Made by a program: the position numbers and the translations under genes. A stretch of 59,243 bases of DNA, filler included. It is 3 parts of 3 records of this genome, joined end to end, with 100 filler letters (N's around TTAATTAATTAA, not from the genome) between each part and the next. Parts side by side here need not be neighbours in the genome. Positions count along the whole stretch, not along the records: positions 1 to 23,462 come from DRR723986_10188; 2 more parts are not named here. One strand, written 5' to 3'. Shown here piece after piece: positions 10,538 to 21,480 of the stretch (positions within the stretch are counted from its first letter, which is position 1; each line of letters begins with the position of its first letter). The notes below the pieces were generated by a model. The model worked only from the letters and a program-made list of their open reading frames with translations, was not told the DNA's origin and made no database searches.

Positions 10538-11676
10538 GGATTGGCAGTTTTCCAGGTGGCGGCGCGAAGCGCGGCGTTGTTGCGAACATTCATATAAAAC
10601 ATATGGTAATCATACACATGATAGTTTTCACCGGCCATTTTAAGGTCTTGCCATGCCGCGCCGGGTTCACTTTCAAGGTACAGAAATCCGTCATCGCCGC
10701 AACGGACACCATTGAAAGCGGGAATAGGCTTGCCTAGTTGTGCATCATCATCAACACGTTCCAGTGCGCCTTCATGGCTCTCTGCGGGGGCTGTATCGTC
10801 AAGCATCCATGTCAGCGGATTACTGCATAACATTTTAGTGCCTTTTCGCGGCATACCTCCAAGGCCCACAGTGGTTTCAAAATATACTTCCAGGCTACTT
10901 GTGTCGCCTTGTGGGCCAAATGTTTGGTATGAGACCACACATTGAAGGTCGGTAGGAGACATGCAGGCATCAATGTCATCTAGGGCGCCAAGGTCAGCTT
11001 CCATGCTAACTGGCCACCCGATGATATACGCTGCAATCATACGCTCTGCCAGCGGTGTACCGCTAATGCGCTGCTTCAATAAGGCCAGTGCATGTAATGA
11101 CCCTTGGCTATGGCCCGCTAAAATAAAGGGGGTGTTATCGTTTCGATTTTTGATGAACTCATCAAAAGCAGATTGTACATCACTGTAAGCATACACAAGC
11201 GCCTGAAGGCCGTCGCCTTCCTGGTCAAAGAAGGCACCAAAGGTCGCTTGCCGGTAGCGCGGCGCATAAATTTCACCAGCCAAATTAAACGCACTGGCCT
11301 GCATTTTCAAAACCCGCTTTTCAATGCGTAGATTAGCGTCTGCATAATCCAGTGGTGCGTTCCATGTGTCGCGGCTAAGGTAGGTTGTTGGATGAATGAA
11401 GAAAACATCCACATCTGGTACAACGGCAACATCCATAATGCCATCCGGTATGGCATTGGCAAATGTGTCTGTCACTGGCAGCGCTGCCCAATTGGCATCA
11501 TCTGAATAATCAAGCTGTTCGCTACTAATGGCAGTGAAAGGTTCGCCGGGTGTGAACGCAACTCTCAGCGCGCGGGCCGGGTCTGCCTGAATCCACAACA
11601 GTCCTGCAATTACGATAACAATAACACTGGCGACTATTGCCAAAAAAATGCCTGCTGGTTTCGCGCGCATTGCCAT
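10534..11676 (-). CDS. DUF3089 family alpha/beta hydrolase with N-terminal membrane anchor
   Basis: [18 protein letters not shown], nucleophile elbow GHSQG, C-terminal YHVYDY..FY.N; hydrophobic N-terminus. Confidence 0.8.
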   Translation of the reverse strand: MAMRAKPAGIFLAIVASVIVIVIAGLLWIQADPARALRVAFTPGEPFTAISSEQLDYSDDANWAALPVTDTFANAIPDGIMDVAVVPDVDVFFIHPTTYLSRDTWNAPLDYADANLRIEKRVLKMQASAFNLAGEIYAPRYRQATFGAFFDQEGDGLQALVYAYSDVQSAFDEFIKNRNDNTPFILAGHSQGSLHALALLKQRISGTPLAERMIAAYIIGWPVSMEADLGALDDIDACMSPTDLQCVVSYQTFGPQGDTSSLEVYFETTVGLGGMPRKGTKMLCSNPLTWMLDDTAPAESHEGALERVDDDAQLGKPIPAFNGVRCGDDGFLYLESEPGAAWQDLKMAGENYHVYDYHMFYMNVRNNAALRAATWKTANP

Positions 11677-11688
11677 GAAATTATCCTC

Positions 11689-12231
11689 TTATACCATTTC
11701 AACAGTTGATGAATTTGGCCAATATGCCATCAGAATGTCATCAACGAAACGATTATCGTCATATTTTATTGCGCGGCTGCGCGTTCCCTCCACCGTAAAG
11801 CCGGTTTTTGTGTATAGCGCAAGCGCAGCTTTATTGTTTGCGTGTACATGTAGTTCAATTTTTTGTAATCGCGGATTCTCTGCAACCCACCAAATAAAGT
11901 GGTTTAACAAGGAGGTGCCGATACCTTGTCTGGTATGGTTCGGGTGTATTGACATAGCAAAGCTTGTCACATGCTTAACTCGAGCGCGGCGGTCCGTCCA
12001 GCTGTCCAGCATGCCAATGATTGTGTTGTCTGCCAACGCAACAATACAGGTTTCATAGGGGTTTGCGGCTTTGCCAGCGATCCAGAACCTTTGTTTGAAG
12101 GGCCGTGTACGGAACTCATTCGGTTTGGTGATCAAATGGTTACTGGCACTATAAATATGCCGAATATAGGCGTTTAACATGCGGGCATCAGCGGGCTCGG
12201 CGTTGCGGAATGTAATTTTTGCGGAGGTCAT
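11689..12231 (-). CDS. GNAT family N-acetyltransferase
   Basis: Acetyl-CoA binding motif RQGIGTSL and NKAALALYTKTGF. Confidence 0.85.
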   Translation of the reverse strand: MTSAKITFRNAEPADARMLNAYIRHIYSASNHLITKPNEFRTRPFKQRFWIAGKAANPYETCIVALADNTIIGMLDSWTDRRARVKHVTSFAMSIHPNHTRQGIGTSLLNHFIWWVAENPRLQKIELHVHANNKAALALYTKTGFTVEGTRSRAIKYDDNRFVDDILMAYWPNSSTVEMV

Positions 12232-12244
12232 AGCAAATCCCTAC

Positions 12245-12273
12245 TTGCGACAAAGCCTTTGTAGCGTTAAGTT
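12245..12273 (+). promoter_or_regulatory. Putative sigma70 promoter for gatCAB
   Basis: TTGCGA-N17-TAAGTT, about 85 nt upstream of gatC. Confidence 0.45.
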
Positions 12274-12358
12274 TCGCGCTGATTTCAGCAGATTTTATAC
12301 GCAAGTTCCAACTTTATAGTGGAACACGCGGAAATTATACGCCTAACAGGAATTTTTC

Positions 12359-12649
12359 ATGTCCAATATCGATCAGGCAACGGTTGCCAAAATCGCGCGG
12401 TTAGCGCGGATCAAAATTGAAGACGACAAGCTAGAGCCTCTTGCTGGCGAGCTTAACAATATCATCGGGTGGGTAGAGCAACTGGCTGAGGTTGACACCG
12501 ATAATATTGAGCCGATGGCCAGTGTTGTCAGTGCCAAGTTGCGGTGGCGCGACGATACGGTGACAGACGGCGACAAAGCTGAAAGCGTATTAAAAAATGC
12601 ACCCAATGCCGAATACGGCTTTTTTACCGTGCCAAAAGTAATTGAGTAG
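12359..12649 (+). CDS. gatC: Asp/Glu-tRNA amidotransferase subunit C
   Basis: KIARLARI...VEQLAEVDT...NAP...FFTVPKVIE; first gene of gatCAB. Confidence 0.96.
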   Translation: MSNIDQATVAKIARLARIKIEDDKLEPLAGELNNIIGWVEQLAEVDTDNIEPMASVVSAKLRWRDDTVTDGDKAESVLKNAPNAEYGFFTVPKVIE

Positions 12650-12659
12650 AGGCAGGCAG

Positions 12660-14141
12660 ATGACTGATTTAACCAAATTAAAAATCGCTGAAGCGCGCGA
12701 CCTGATGAAAAAGGGCGACCTTTCGTCTCGCGAGCTAACAGAGGCTTACATCGCCGCGGTGGATGCGTCTGACCAGCTAAACGCTTACATTGTTAAAACG
12801 CCGGAAATTGCCTTGCCGCAAGCGGATGTGGCGGATGCAAAAATCAAAGCTGGCGAACAAAAGGGCATGACCGGTATTCCGGTTGGTATTAAAGACCTGT
12901 TCGCGACCAAAGGTGTTCACACGCAGGCTTGCTCACACATTCTGGACGGCTTTAAGCCGGAATATGAGAGCACAGTCACCAGCAACTTGTGGAACGACGG
13001 CGCGGTTATGCTTGGCAAGTTGAATATGGATGAGTTCGCCATGGGCTCGTCAAATGAAACAAGCTATTACGGCCCGGTGAAAAACCCGTGGCGCGCCACG
13101 GGCAGCAACAACGATTTTGTGCCGGGTGGGTCTTCGGGTGGCTCGGTGGCCTCGGTTGCGGGCTATGCTGCTATGGGTGCAACAGCGTCTGACACAGGCG
13201 GTTCAATTCGACAGCCTGCGTCTTTCACCGGTACATTTGGTATGAAGCCAACCTATGGGCGCTGCAGCCGTTTCGGGATGGTTGCTTTTGCCAGCTCGCT
13301 TGATCAGGCAGGCACTATTACGCGTGATGTACGCGACGGCGCGATTATGCTGGAAAGCATGTCCGGGTTTGACCCCAAAGACAGCACATCTGTAGATATG
13401 CCTGTGCCAAACTTTGAAGCAGCACTGACCGGCGACATCCGCGGTATGAAAATCGGTATTCCTAAAGAATATTATCTGGACGGTATGCCGGCGGACATTG
13501 AAGCGCTGTGGCATAAGGGCATTGAATGGATGAAAGCAGCGGGTGCCGAAATCGTCAACATCAGCTTACCGCACACGAAATATGCCTTGCCGACTTACTA
13601 TATTGTGGCACCAGCAGAAGCCTCATCGAACCTCGCGCGGTATGATGGCGTGAAGTACGGCCTGCGCGAAGTGCCAAACGGCGGTAATTTGGATGACATG
13701 TATTATACTACCCGCGCCGAAGGCTTCGGCGACGAGGTTAAGCGCCGCATCATGATTGGCACCTATGTGCTTTCAGCGGGTTACTATGATGCTTATTACC
13801 TCAAAGCGCAGAAAGTACGCCAGTTGATTTCAGATGACTTCAAGCAGGCGTTTAAACAGGTGGACGCTATTTTGACACCCACAGCTCCAAGTGCGGCTTT
13901 TGCCTTTGGCGAAAAATCAGATGACCCATTAGCGATGTATTTGAATGACGTGTTCACCGTGCCTGCGTCCTTGGCGGGCCTTCCAGGTTCAAGCGTGCCT
14001 GCTGGCTTAAGTAGCGAAGGCTTGCCGCTTGGTTTGCAAGTGCTGGCCAATGCGTGGGACGAAGAGACAGTGCTGACAGTGTCTGGTGTTATTGAACAAG
14101 CAGCGGCTTTCACTGCCGCGCCATCAGAGTGGTGGAGATAG
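12660..14141 (+). CDS. gatA: Asp/Glu-tRNA amidotransferase subunit A
   Basis: Amidase signature [46 protein letters not shown] at 12660. Confidence 0.97.
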   Translation: MTDLTKLKIAEARDLMKKGDLSSRELTEAYIAAVDASDQLNAYIVKTPEIALPQADVADAKIKAGEQKGMTGIPVGIKDLFATKGVHTQACSHILDGFKPEYESTVTSNLWNDGAVMLGKLNMDEFAMGSSNETSYYGPVKNPWRATGSNNDFVPGGSSGGSVASVAGYAAMGATASDTGGSIRQPASFTGTFGMKPTYGRCSRFGMVAFASSLDQAGTITRDVRDGAIMLESMSGFDPKDSTSVDMPVPNFEAALTGDIRGMKIGIPKEYYLDGMPADIEALWHKGIEWMKAAGAEIVNISLPHTKYALPTYYIVAPAEASSNLARYDGVKYGLREVPNGGNLDDMYYTTRAEGFGDEVKRRIMIGTYVLSAGYYDAYYLKAQKVRQLISDDFKQAFKQVDAILTPTAPSAAFAFGEKSDDPLAMYLNDVFTVPASLAGLPGSSVPAGLSSEGLPLGLQVLANAWDEETVLTVSGVIEQAAAFTAAPSEWWR

Positions 14142-14144
14142 ATC

Positions 14145-15632
14145 ATGAGTGATTATCGTATTCAAGGTGCCACGGGTGACTGGGAAGTGGTTATTGGCTT
14201 AGAGATTCATGCTCAGGTCACTTCAAACGCAAAGTTATTTTCTGGTGCTTCCACTGAATTTGGTGCTGAGCCCAATACGCAGGTGTCTCTTGTAGATTCT
14301 GCTATGCCCGGTATGCTGCCCACCATTAATGCAGAGTGCATCCGCCAAGGGGTTCGCACGGGGTTGGCACTGGGTGCTGAGATTAATAAATATTCGGTGT
14401 TTGACCGCAAGAATTACTTCTATGCCGATTTGCCGCAGGGCTATCAGATTTCCCAGTTCAAACACCCGATTGTGGGCCACGGTACCGTAATTTTGGACCT
14501 TGAAGATGGCAGCAAAAAAGAAGTGGGTGTTGAGCGCATTCACCTTGAGCAAGATGCGGGCAAGTCCATGCACGACCAGCATCCGCAGCTTACATATGTG
14601 GACCTGAACCGGTCTGGCGTTGCGTTGATGGAAATTGTCTCAGACCCCGACATGCGCAGCCCGGAAGAAGCCGGTGCCTATGTCACCAAATTGCGGACAA
14701 TTTTGCGCTATATCGGCTCGTGCGATGGTAATATGGAGCAGGGCAGCATGCGGGCGGATGTTAACGTGTCTGTACGCAAAGTTGGTGACCCGCTGGGTAC
14801 GCGCTGCGAAATTAAAAACGTTAACTCGGTTCGCTTTGTAAGACAGGCCATTGAGGTGGAGGCACAGCGTCAGGTTGATATTATCGAAGATGGCGGCACA
14901 ATTGATCAGGAAACCCGTCTGTTTGACCCCGTGAAGGGCGAGACACGGTCTATGCGTTCTAAGGAAGAAGCGCATGATTATCGTTATTTCCCGGACCCTG
15001 ATTTGTTGCCGCTTGAATTTGATGACGCCTTCATTGAAGCGGCTCGCGTGAGCTTGCCCGAGTTGCCAGACGCCAAGAAAGCACGCTTTATGGAAGCGTT
15101 GGGCCTGAATGAATATAACGCGAGCGTTTTGGTCGCTGAGCAGGATTCTGCCGCTTACTTTGAAACACTTGTTGCCGCTGTTGCGAAAGCCACGGGCAAA
15201 AGTGAGAGCGACGTGGCTGTAAAAGCGTCTAATTGGCTAACGGGTGACCTGTTTGGTGCACTTAATAAGGCTGGTATTTCTATCACTGAAACGCCAGTGT
15301 CGGCGGAGCAGGGTGCTGGTTTGCTCGCCCTTATTGAGGACGGCACTATTTCAGGCCGTATTGCCAAAGATGTTTTTGAAATCATGTTTGAAACCGGTAA
15401 AGACGCTGCGGTTATCGTTGAAGAAAAAGGCCTGAAACAGGTTTCTGATACAGGCGCAATTGAGGCGATTATTGATGAGGTTATTGCCGCTAACCCAAAC
15501 CAGTTAGTGCAGTACCGCGGTGGTAAAGACAAGCTTATCGGCTTTTTCGTTGGCCAGGTGATGAAAGCAACACAGGGGCAAGCCAACCCTGGTGTGGTAA
15601 ACAAACTTTTGAAACCGAAGCTCGATGGCTAG
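14145..15632 (+). CDS. gatB: Asp/Glu-tRNA amidotransferase subunit B
   Basis: [52 protein letters not shown]. Confidence 0.97.
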   Translation: MSDYRIQGATGDWEVVIGLEIHAQVTSNAKLFSGASTEFGAEPNTQVSLVDSAMPGMLPTINAECIRQGVRTGLALGAEINKYSVFDRKNYFYADLPQGYQISQFKHPIVGHGTVILDLEDGSKKEVGVERIHLEQDAGKSMHDQHPQLTYVDLNRSGVALMEIVSDPDMRSPEEAGAYVTKLRTILRYIGSCDGNMEQGSMRADVNVSVRKVGDPLGTRCEIKNVNSVRFVRQAIEVEAQRQVDIIEDGGTIDQETRLFDPVKGETRSMRSKEEAHDYRYFPDPDLLPLEFDDAFIEAARVSLPELPDAKKARFMEALGLNEYNASVLVAEQDSAAYFETLVAAVAKATGKSESDVAVKASNWLTGDLFGALNKAGISITETPVSAEQGAGLLALIEDGTISGRIAKDVFEIMFETGKDAAVIVEEKGLKQVSDTGAIEAIIDEVIAANPNQLVQYRGGKDKLIGFFVGQVMKATQGQANPGVVNKLLKPKLDG

Positions 15633-15651
15633 TTAAGCCAACATATGTTAC

Positions 15652-15682
15652 AAAAAAGCCTGCCATTTTGGCAGGCTTTTTT
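15652..15682 (+). terminator. Intrinsic terminator after gatB
   Basis: AAAAAAGCCTGCCA-TT-TTGGCAGGCTTTTTT. Confidence 0.85.
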
Positions 15683-15767
15683 ATGCCCTAATTTTGCCAT
15701 CTCTGACGGTCACTCTATGAAGATAGCCATGACAGTGCTATACAAGCTTTTCTGCCTTTGCGAGGGG

Positions 15768-15783
15768 GTTCATGTTGTGTTCA
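15768..15783 (+). promoter_or_regulatory. Direct-repeat regulator box GTTCATG-N4-GTTCA upstream of the large glycine-zipper gene
   Basis: GTTCATGttgtGTTCA lies 11 nt before a TAAGGT -10-like hexamer. The same box precedes the second glycine-zipper gene. Confidence 0.55.
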
Positions 15784-15826
15784 GGCAGAAGAGTTAAGGT
15801 GATATCATCTTATGTTGGAGAGTATA

Positions 15827-17170
15827 ATGTTCAAGAAATCTGTTTTGTTACTCGCGACAACAGCAATTATACTGCCCCTTGAGTTTGCTGAAGCCCAAAA
15901 TAGAAAAGATCGTAAAGAGCGTGTTCGTACAGAGCAAAGCGCCAAGCCCGCACAGCGGCGCAGTGCGCGGACAGAAAGACGAACAGAAAGACGCCAGGTG
16001 CGTCAAACGCGTGCGCAGCAACAGCCTTCTGCTCGTCAAGCGCGCCAACCGCGACAGCAAGCCACACAAAGCCAGCGCCGCGAAATAAACGCAGCAACTG
16101 ACCGAAGAGCGAGTGTTCAAGCGCGCCGCGCGACACGACAGGAAGTTCGGCAAACAACGCGTCAGCAAACACGCCAACGGGCTGTGCAGCCCCAGCGTCA
16201 AACGACGCGCCCAACTAATAGACAAGAAGCCAGGCAGCCGGAACGCCAGCGGGCTGTTCAACCTCGACGACAGACCACGCTGCCAAACGTGCGCCAAAGA
16301 GCAGTTCAGCCTGCGCGGCAAACCAGTCGGCCAATCAGGCGTGGTTCGACACGCTATGATTTTGATGATGCCGCGCGTTTTAACGGTGCACGCGGGCGCG
16401 GTGATGCGCGTATTTCTCGTGTAGATCGAGGACGTGACGGTGGCCGCTTCCGTGACCGGAATAACCATCGCCGCCCTGATACTTTCCAGCCGCACATACG
16501 CCGGAATAATTTTTGGAATTTCAGACCATATTTTGGCTCAAACTTCTTTTTTGGATTTGGCGGATTTTATAATGGGCCGCGCATTGCCTTCGGCTTTAAT
16601 GATGGCTTTTGGCCTTATTACGGCTCTTACTACAATGCCTATGATTATTATCGCTTTTACAGCCACTGGCCTTTTGCGCACGGTTATTATGGCCGCCGGG
16701 CCAGTTGGGCATGGGCGCATCGCCATAACCATTATCATTACGGTGATTATTGCCCTGGTTTTGATGCAGGCCATGGCCATCATTATGGTCACAGCAACTA
16801 CCAAGTGGCCAATAGTGGCAACAATGTTGCCGGAACTCTTCTCGGCGCGGTCGTTGGTGGAATAATTGGTGCTGAAATTGATGGCGGGCGTAATAGGACC
16901 GCTGGCGCACTTATTGGTGCTGCTGTGGGGGCAACGGTTGGCAATGCGGCCACGAGCAGTCAGCATGGCCATCACTCCAATCAATCTATTAGCGGTCATC
17001 AGCCCTATTCATCAAGCGCCCGATTTGATGAAAATGGCCGGCACGTATATGAAACCCAAACTTACCAGCCGCCTGAAGAGGTGAGAACCTGCATGCGCTA
17101 TGAATACCGTAATGACAGTTACACATGCACCAAATGGGAAGTTGAATTCGTATACAATGATCAAAATTAA
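15827..17170 (+). CDS. Secreted low-complexity (Arg/Gln-rich, aromatic/His-rich) protein with C-terminal glycine zipper 2TM domain
   Basis: GGAGAG RBS, Sec-type signal (MFKKSVLLLATTAIILPLEFAEA), RQRAVQPxRQT repeats, a Y/F/W/G/H-rich block and GTLLGAVVGGIIGAEI...GALIGAAVGATVG. Confidence 0.8.
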   Translation: MFKKSVLLLATTAIILPLEFAEAQNRKDRKERVRTEQSAKPAQRRSARTERRTERRQVRQTRAQQQPSARQARQPRQQATQSQRREINAATDRRASVQARRATRQEVRQTTRQQTRQRAVQPQRQTTRPTNRQEARQPERQRAVQPRRQTTLPNVRQRAVQPARQTSRPIRRGSTRYDFDDAARFNGARGRGDARISRVDRGRDGGRFRDRNNHRRPDTFQPHIRRNNFWNFRPYFGSNFFFGFGGFYNGPRIAFGFNDGFWPYYGSYYNAYDYYRFYSHWPFAHGYYGRRASWAWAHRHNHYHYGDYCPGFDAGHGHHYGHSNYQVANSGNNVAGTLLGAVVGGIIGAEIDGGRNRTAGALIGAAVGATVGNAATSSQHGHHSNQSISGHQPYSSSARFDENGRHVYETQTYQPPEEVRTCMRYEYRNDSYTCTKWEVEFVYNDQN

Positions 17171-17195
17171 ACAGAGGATAGTCTCTGAACTTTAT

Positions 17196-17224
17196 AAAGG
17201 CTGCCTTGTGAGGCGGCCTTTTTT
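17196..17224 (+). terminator. Intrinsic terminator
   Basis: AAAGGCTGCCT-TGTG-AGGCGGCCTTTTTT downstream of the 15827-17170 gene. Confidence 0.75.
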
Positions 17225-17298
17225 GATGCCCGGTGGTTTCCTCTGAGTTAACGAAGGGTTTTCTGTGATGGTTGCCGCGGTTACGTTAAAGCACATAG

Positions 17299-17324
17299 AA
17301 AAGCCCCGACTGACGCCGGGGTTT
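17299..17324 (-). terminator. Putative terminator of the SlyB-like gene
   Basis: Minus strand CCCCG-N8-CGGGG followed by CTTTT. Confidence 0.5.
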
Positions 17325-17349
17325 GATCAGGGGACTACTCCAGAGTTCG

Positions 17350-17943
17350 TTAAGACCCCTTTGTTGGGTCTGGGGGCAGTTGACCTGACGGTACTTGGTC
17401 AGCCGGAACCTGGTTTGGGGGGATATTGCTGTTTGGCTGGGGGGCGTTTTGGTACTGCGTTGCATTATGGTCAAAAACTACACGGCTTTGGCTGCCGCTG
17501 AACATAATAACCACGGGCGCACCATCAGGTAAGGGGCTGGTGTCTTGTTGAACAATACTAACCAGCGCACCGCTGTTGGTGCGGATCAAATATTCAAAAC
17601 CACCCTTTTTGCTGCCAGATTTTTCGATACTATTGCCTATCAAGCCGCCGAGGAGCGCACCGCCGATGGCACCAATAACATTTTCAGCACCGCGTCCACG
17701 GCCACTGCCTATTGTTGACCCCGCTGCGGCACCAATACCAGCGCCTGCAACAGTGCCGACTCCTGAGCCTCTGCGTTCAATTTGAACCCAACGATAACTT
17801 TCAATTGTGCCGCGTTCAACACGGTTAACTTGCCCAATCGCCCTGCTGTCATAACTGTTCGGCGAATGGTTGGTGCTGCAAGCACCGAGCATTAAAGCAA
17901 CGGGTGCGGCAAGTAACATCCCGGTTTTTCTATAAGTCATCAT
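17350..17943 (-). CDS. SlyB-like outer-membrane lipoprotein (glycine zipper 2TM)
   Basis: Lipobox LGAC, GQVNRVERGTI, glycine zipper GAGIGAAAG..GAIGGALLGGLIGNSIE, EYLIRT..G..VSIVQ; Pro/Gln-rich tail. Confidence 0.85.
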   Translation of the reverse strand: MMTYRKTGMLLAAPVALMLGACSTNHSPNSYDSRAIGQVNRVERGTIESYRWVQIERRGSGVGTVAGAGIGAAAGSTIGSGRGRGAENVIGAIGGALLGGLIGNSIEKSGSKKGGFEYLIRTNSGALVSIVQQDTSPLPDGAPVVIMFSGSQSRVVFDHNATQYQNAPQPNSNIPPNQVPADQVPSGQLPPDPTKGS

Positions 17944-18078
17944 GCACTCCTAATTTGTTTCAGGCCCAGTGAGTAGAAAGCCAGTTGGCCGTTTATTCCC
18001 GCAGTATGCTGACAACGAAAAAGGGCGGCACAAAGGCAACATTTAGCGCCTAATAAGGCATTTATAGACGGTTTCTTT

Positions 18079-18094
18079 TGAACCGGGCATGAAC
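18079..18094 (-). promoter_or_regulatory. Direct-repeat regulator box GTTCATG-N4-GTTCA upstream of the SlyB-like gene
   Basis: Minus strand GTTCATGcccgGTTCA lies 12 nt before TATAAA. Confidence 0.55.
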
Positions 18095-18138
18095 AGGGCG
18101 GCATTATAAGGCGGCTTGTAAGTGCGAGAGACCACATG

Positions 18139-18163
18139 AAAAAAGGCAGCCTTAGCTACCTTT
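18139..18163 (-). terminator. Intrinsic terminator after the zinc metalloprotease gene
   Basis: Minus strand AAAGGTAGC-TAAG-GCTGCCTTTTTT. Confidence 0.7.
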
Positions 18164-18203
18164 CTATCCTTCATGCTCTTTCATTAGTTTGTCTACATAG
18201 CGA

Positions 18204-20972
18204 CTAACTATTTACCTCAAGGGCTTTATCAATCAGGAAGGCTATATGGTCACGGTGTGCCCGCGTGCCAGCATTACCGCGCCACCGCGCCATATTATTG
18301 CGAATGCTCTTCAAGTTTGAGAAAGCATTAGAGCGCGAGATGTGATCATACTGCGGCATGTTTAATAAGTTTATCAGGCCTTTGACATACATAATTTGCA
18401 GAATTTGCCGGTGGCTGTTTACAGCTCCGCGACTATCGTCCTCAAAAATGGCATTTGTGATATCGCGCAGCACCTGGGTGACATCATAGCCATTGCCGTA
18501 AAGGGCGCTGTCTGTCATGCGCTGCATGGTTACAGGATGCAGGATATGGTTAAGAATGTCAGCCTGAATGATGGCAACTCGGTTGTGCAATTTTGGGTCT
18601 TCCGTTGCGCCGCCGTGCAGGAAGCCACGGTGTTGAATAGCCAGATGTTGTAATAATTGCGGGTCAGCGGCAAAGGCGTCTGGCGCAAATATATAATTGC
18701 GCAGCATCTTCATGGCTTGCTGTTGCTTGGCTTTTCCAACGGGCCTGTAGGGCGCATCAGCACCGGGCTGGCCTGCGCGTGCAGTGTCAACATAAACACC
18801 GCCTATGTAGCGCGATGCAACTCTGCCCTGCCAAGCCATGTCTGCGGTGAGAATAAGATAGGCGTTGCGGAGTTCCTGATAGCTATTGCCGTCTTTGGTG
18901 AATTTATTCCTAAGCTTACGCATAGCTTCTTTTGACAGTTTAAGGCGGTCCTCAGCAAAACTTACGGCATCATCTGTCATGTCAAAAATATTCACACGCG
19001 GGTCTATGCCCTTGCCGGGCGCACGCATATCGTCTGCATCATTTCCGAAGCTCAAAGCTTTTTCAGTTGAGCGTGCCAACAGCCTTGCCCGAGCTTCAGG
19101 GTCGTCCATTGCCGGGTCATAGCCGAACTGAATTGCCCAATAGTCATAAGCGCCAGGCTTAATGGGGTAAAAATGCGCTTGCTCTTCGCCAAGAGGGGCG
19201 AAGTTTATTGCCGGATAATCCATCACTGAGCCAGCCAGTCCGTCACTTTGGGCAGATTTATCATGGGCTGTTTCATAAGACCGGGCATATGTGCCCATCA
19301 TATTATGATTAAGTCCAAGCGTGTGGCCTACCTCATGTAAGATCAGGTAATAGAGTGCTTCCTCAACCATTGTGCTGGTAACATCAGCACTTTGGTTCAT
19401 TACGGCGGCGAGAGTTTTGCCCAGCATTGTGTTTTGATGAAGGTGCGCCCCAATGTTACATGTGCGGCTTTGGCGCGCGAGCATGCTGGCAAAGTCAGCG
19501 TTGTTGCTATGGTCAGCTTTGCTGTTTTCGGCTGGAGCAACAACAGCGCTTACGCCGTTTTCTAAGGGTAAGGCTGCTGTCTCAAATATGTTGCGTTGAT
19601 TTAGGCGGTTCGTCAGAAAAGAATATTCCAGCATAATGTCTGCTGCGAGAATTTGCCCTGTGCGCGGGTTTGAAAAACTCGGCCCGTAACCACCAAAAGG
19701 CGGCTGGGGGCTGGAAGTCCAGCGCAGTACATTATAGCGGATATCGCCTGCATCCCATTCGGCATCGTCGGGCTGAATTTTGACCTGAACTGCATTTCTA
19801 AAGCCAGCCGCTTCAAACGCAGGGTTCCATGCTTCTGCCGCTTTTTTAATGATTGGGCGCAGTTCATCTGGCGTAGTGTTTTCAATCCAGTAGGTAATGG
19901 GCTCTATGGGTTCAGACACAGCCGCATTCGGGTCCTTCTTGACTAAGTGCCACCGGTTGATCAAATCACGCCAAGGCGTTGCAGACTGGCTTGTCTGGTC
20001 GTTGACATAGTCCAGAAAATAGCCAATGCGGCTGTCATCTCTGCGCGGGACAAAATCATTTTCTGGCATGGCGACCAGCGTATGCTGAACGCCGACGGTT
20101 ACATTGCGCGCATCGGTAATATCAAACCAATTGCCGCGACTGGTCGGCGAGGGGTTTGAGTATACATAGTCAACTTTAACTGCCGTGTTTTCCGGGTAAT
20201 TGTGAACGTCTGTTACTCGTGTTTTGCCTCGAGACAGCTTGCCCAACTTAAAACCTAAATTGGGCTGCGGGCGAGGGGCACTACTGGGGCGAATTTGTTC
20301 GAAGTTTTCACTTTTAAAGAGGGAATCAACGTTTATCAGGTAAGCTGAATCGTCTTCATTCGTCGCCCGTATACCCGCAACAAAAATCACCGAGTTTGAG
20401 ATATTGGCGTCTTTGGCTTTGGCAAGATTATTTTCCGGGTCGAAGTAAAAATATGGGTTGATCTCAACGAAAAATAACTGCTTGAAACGCTTTTCTATTT
20501 TGAAGACTTTTTGAGACCTGAACTGGCCGCGAAAGTGCCCCCCCTCAACCACACTATCGGTTATGTGGGCATAATAAATAAACTCTTTACCGATTTGATC
20601 GGCTTGAACCTCCATTTGGAGGCTGCCGTTTTCAGCATTGCGGTATAATTTGAATAGCCCTTCGATAGGGTCATAGCCTTTAACAAGTGCGCTGATCAGG
20701 CGTTTTTTCTTTTTCTTTTCGGCTTCTTTCTTCTCGTCTTCCTTTTTTTCAGCGTCTTTCTTATCTACTTTTTCGGCGTCTTTTTCATCCTCATCTTTTT
20801 CATCGTCGTCCTTATCTTCAGGCTCTTCCTGCTTTTTTTCCACAGGTAGCTTTTCAGGTTTGTCATCATCTTGGAAGGCGCGGGCAGACGAAGGCGCTGC
20901 AAGAGCGATAAAAGCGATTGAGAAAAGGGCAGCGGTTGCCAGCGGTTTTGTTATCATTTTGTCTATGCTCAT
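18204..20972 (-). CDS. Secreted zinc-dependent metalloprotease (metzincin, DUF5117/DUF4953-type)
   Basis: Signal peptide, K/E/D-rich linker, PRRDDSRIGYF, WNPAFEAAGF, GDIRYN, HEVGHTLGLNH, Met-turn SVMDY. Start placed at ATG 20972 behind GGGAG. Confidence 0.88.
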   Translation of the reverse strand: MSIDKMITKPLATAALFSIAFIALAAPSSARAFQDDDKPEKLPVEKKQEEPEDKDDDEKDEDEKDAEKVDKKDAEKKEDEKKEAEKKKKKRLISALVKGYDPIEGLFKLYRNAENGSLQMEVQADQIGKEFIYYAHITDSVVEGGHFRGQFRSQKVFKIEKRFKQLFFVEINPYFYFDPENNLAKAKDANISNSVIFVAGIRATNEDDSAYLINVDSLFKSENFEQIRPSSAPRPQPNLGFKLGKLSRGKTRVTDVHNYPENTAVKVDYVYSNPSPTSRGNWFDITDARNVTVGVQHTLVAMPENDFVPRRDDSRIGYFLDYVNDQTSQSATPWRDLINRWHLVKKDPNAAVSEPIEPITYWIENTTPDELRPIIKKAAEAWNPAFEAAGFRNAVQVKIQPDDAEWDAGDIRYNVLRWTSSPQPPFGGYGPSFSNPRTGQILAADIMLEYSFLTNRLNQRNIFETAALPLENGVSAVVAPAENSKADHSNNADFASMLARQSRTCNIGAHLHQNTMLGKTLAAVMNQSADVTSTMVEEALYYLILHEVGHTLGLNHNMMGTYARSYETAHDKSAQSDGLAGSVMDYPAINFAPLGEEQAHFYPIKPGAYDYWAIQFGYDPAMDDPEARARLLARSTEKALSFGNDADDMRAPGKGIDPRVNIFDMTDDAVSFAEDRLKLSKEAMRKLRNKFTKDGNSYQELRNAYLILTADMAWQGRVASRYIGGVYVDTARAGQPGADAPYRPVGKAKQQQAMKMLRNYIFAPDAFAADPQLLQHLAIQHRGFLHGGATEDPKLHNRVAIIQADILNHILHPVTMQRMTDSALYGNGYDVTQVLRDITNAIFEDDSRGAVNSHRQILQIMYVKGLINLLNMPQYDHISRSNAFSNLKSIRNNMARWRGNAGTRAHRDHIAFLIDKALEVNS

Positions 20973-21120
20973 TACTTGGTCGCTCCCTAGACACTGAATA
21001 TTCGACAAAGGTGTTGCCGCATCAGGCTTTATTCTGGCTGTATTACGAGCTTCGTCAATAGCCGCAGGCTTCCACTAAACCCTTGAGGCTCTCGATTAGT
21101 CTCATTTGTATGAAATTTAG

Positions 21121-21480
21121 CTATTGGACGTTTCTGCGCGATCGGTCAAAAACCAAACGAAAATCGCCGCAGCCCCCTTGCGGTTCTTTTACTGAGTAGG
21201 CATCGAGTATGTTTTTAAACTCAAGGCGTGCCAGAATTTTTTCATATTCATCTTTAGCATATGAGGACAGTTTAGCTTCGGCTTTTGCTGTGAAGTCTTC
21301 AATGTCGTCTGGGTCATACTTACAAAACCGCGCACCGCCAGCAATGATTGCGCTTTCACGTGCAAGTGCCAGCAGGCGGTCTTCCTGTGCTGCTACAGTT
21401 GTTGAACTGAGCAGGGCGGTACTGCCAATTAAACCCATTATCAAAACTACCGGAATAGATGTGTGTGCTAAAAACCGCAT
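21121..21480 (-). CDS. Small secreted hypothetical protein (two Cys)
   Basis: Signal-like N-terminus ending VAA|Q; co-oriented with its neighbours; no recognised motif. Start uncertain (ORF extends to 21543). Confidence 0.65.
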   Translation of the reverse strand: MRFLAHTSIPVVLIMGLIGSTALLSSTTVAAQEDRLLALARESAIIAGGARFCKYDPDDIEDFTAKAEAKLSSYAKDEYEKILARLEFKNILDAYSVKEPQGGCGDFRLVFDRSRRNVQ

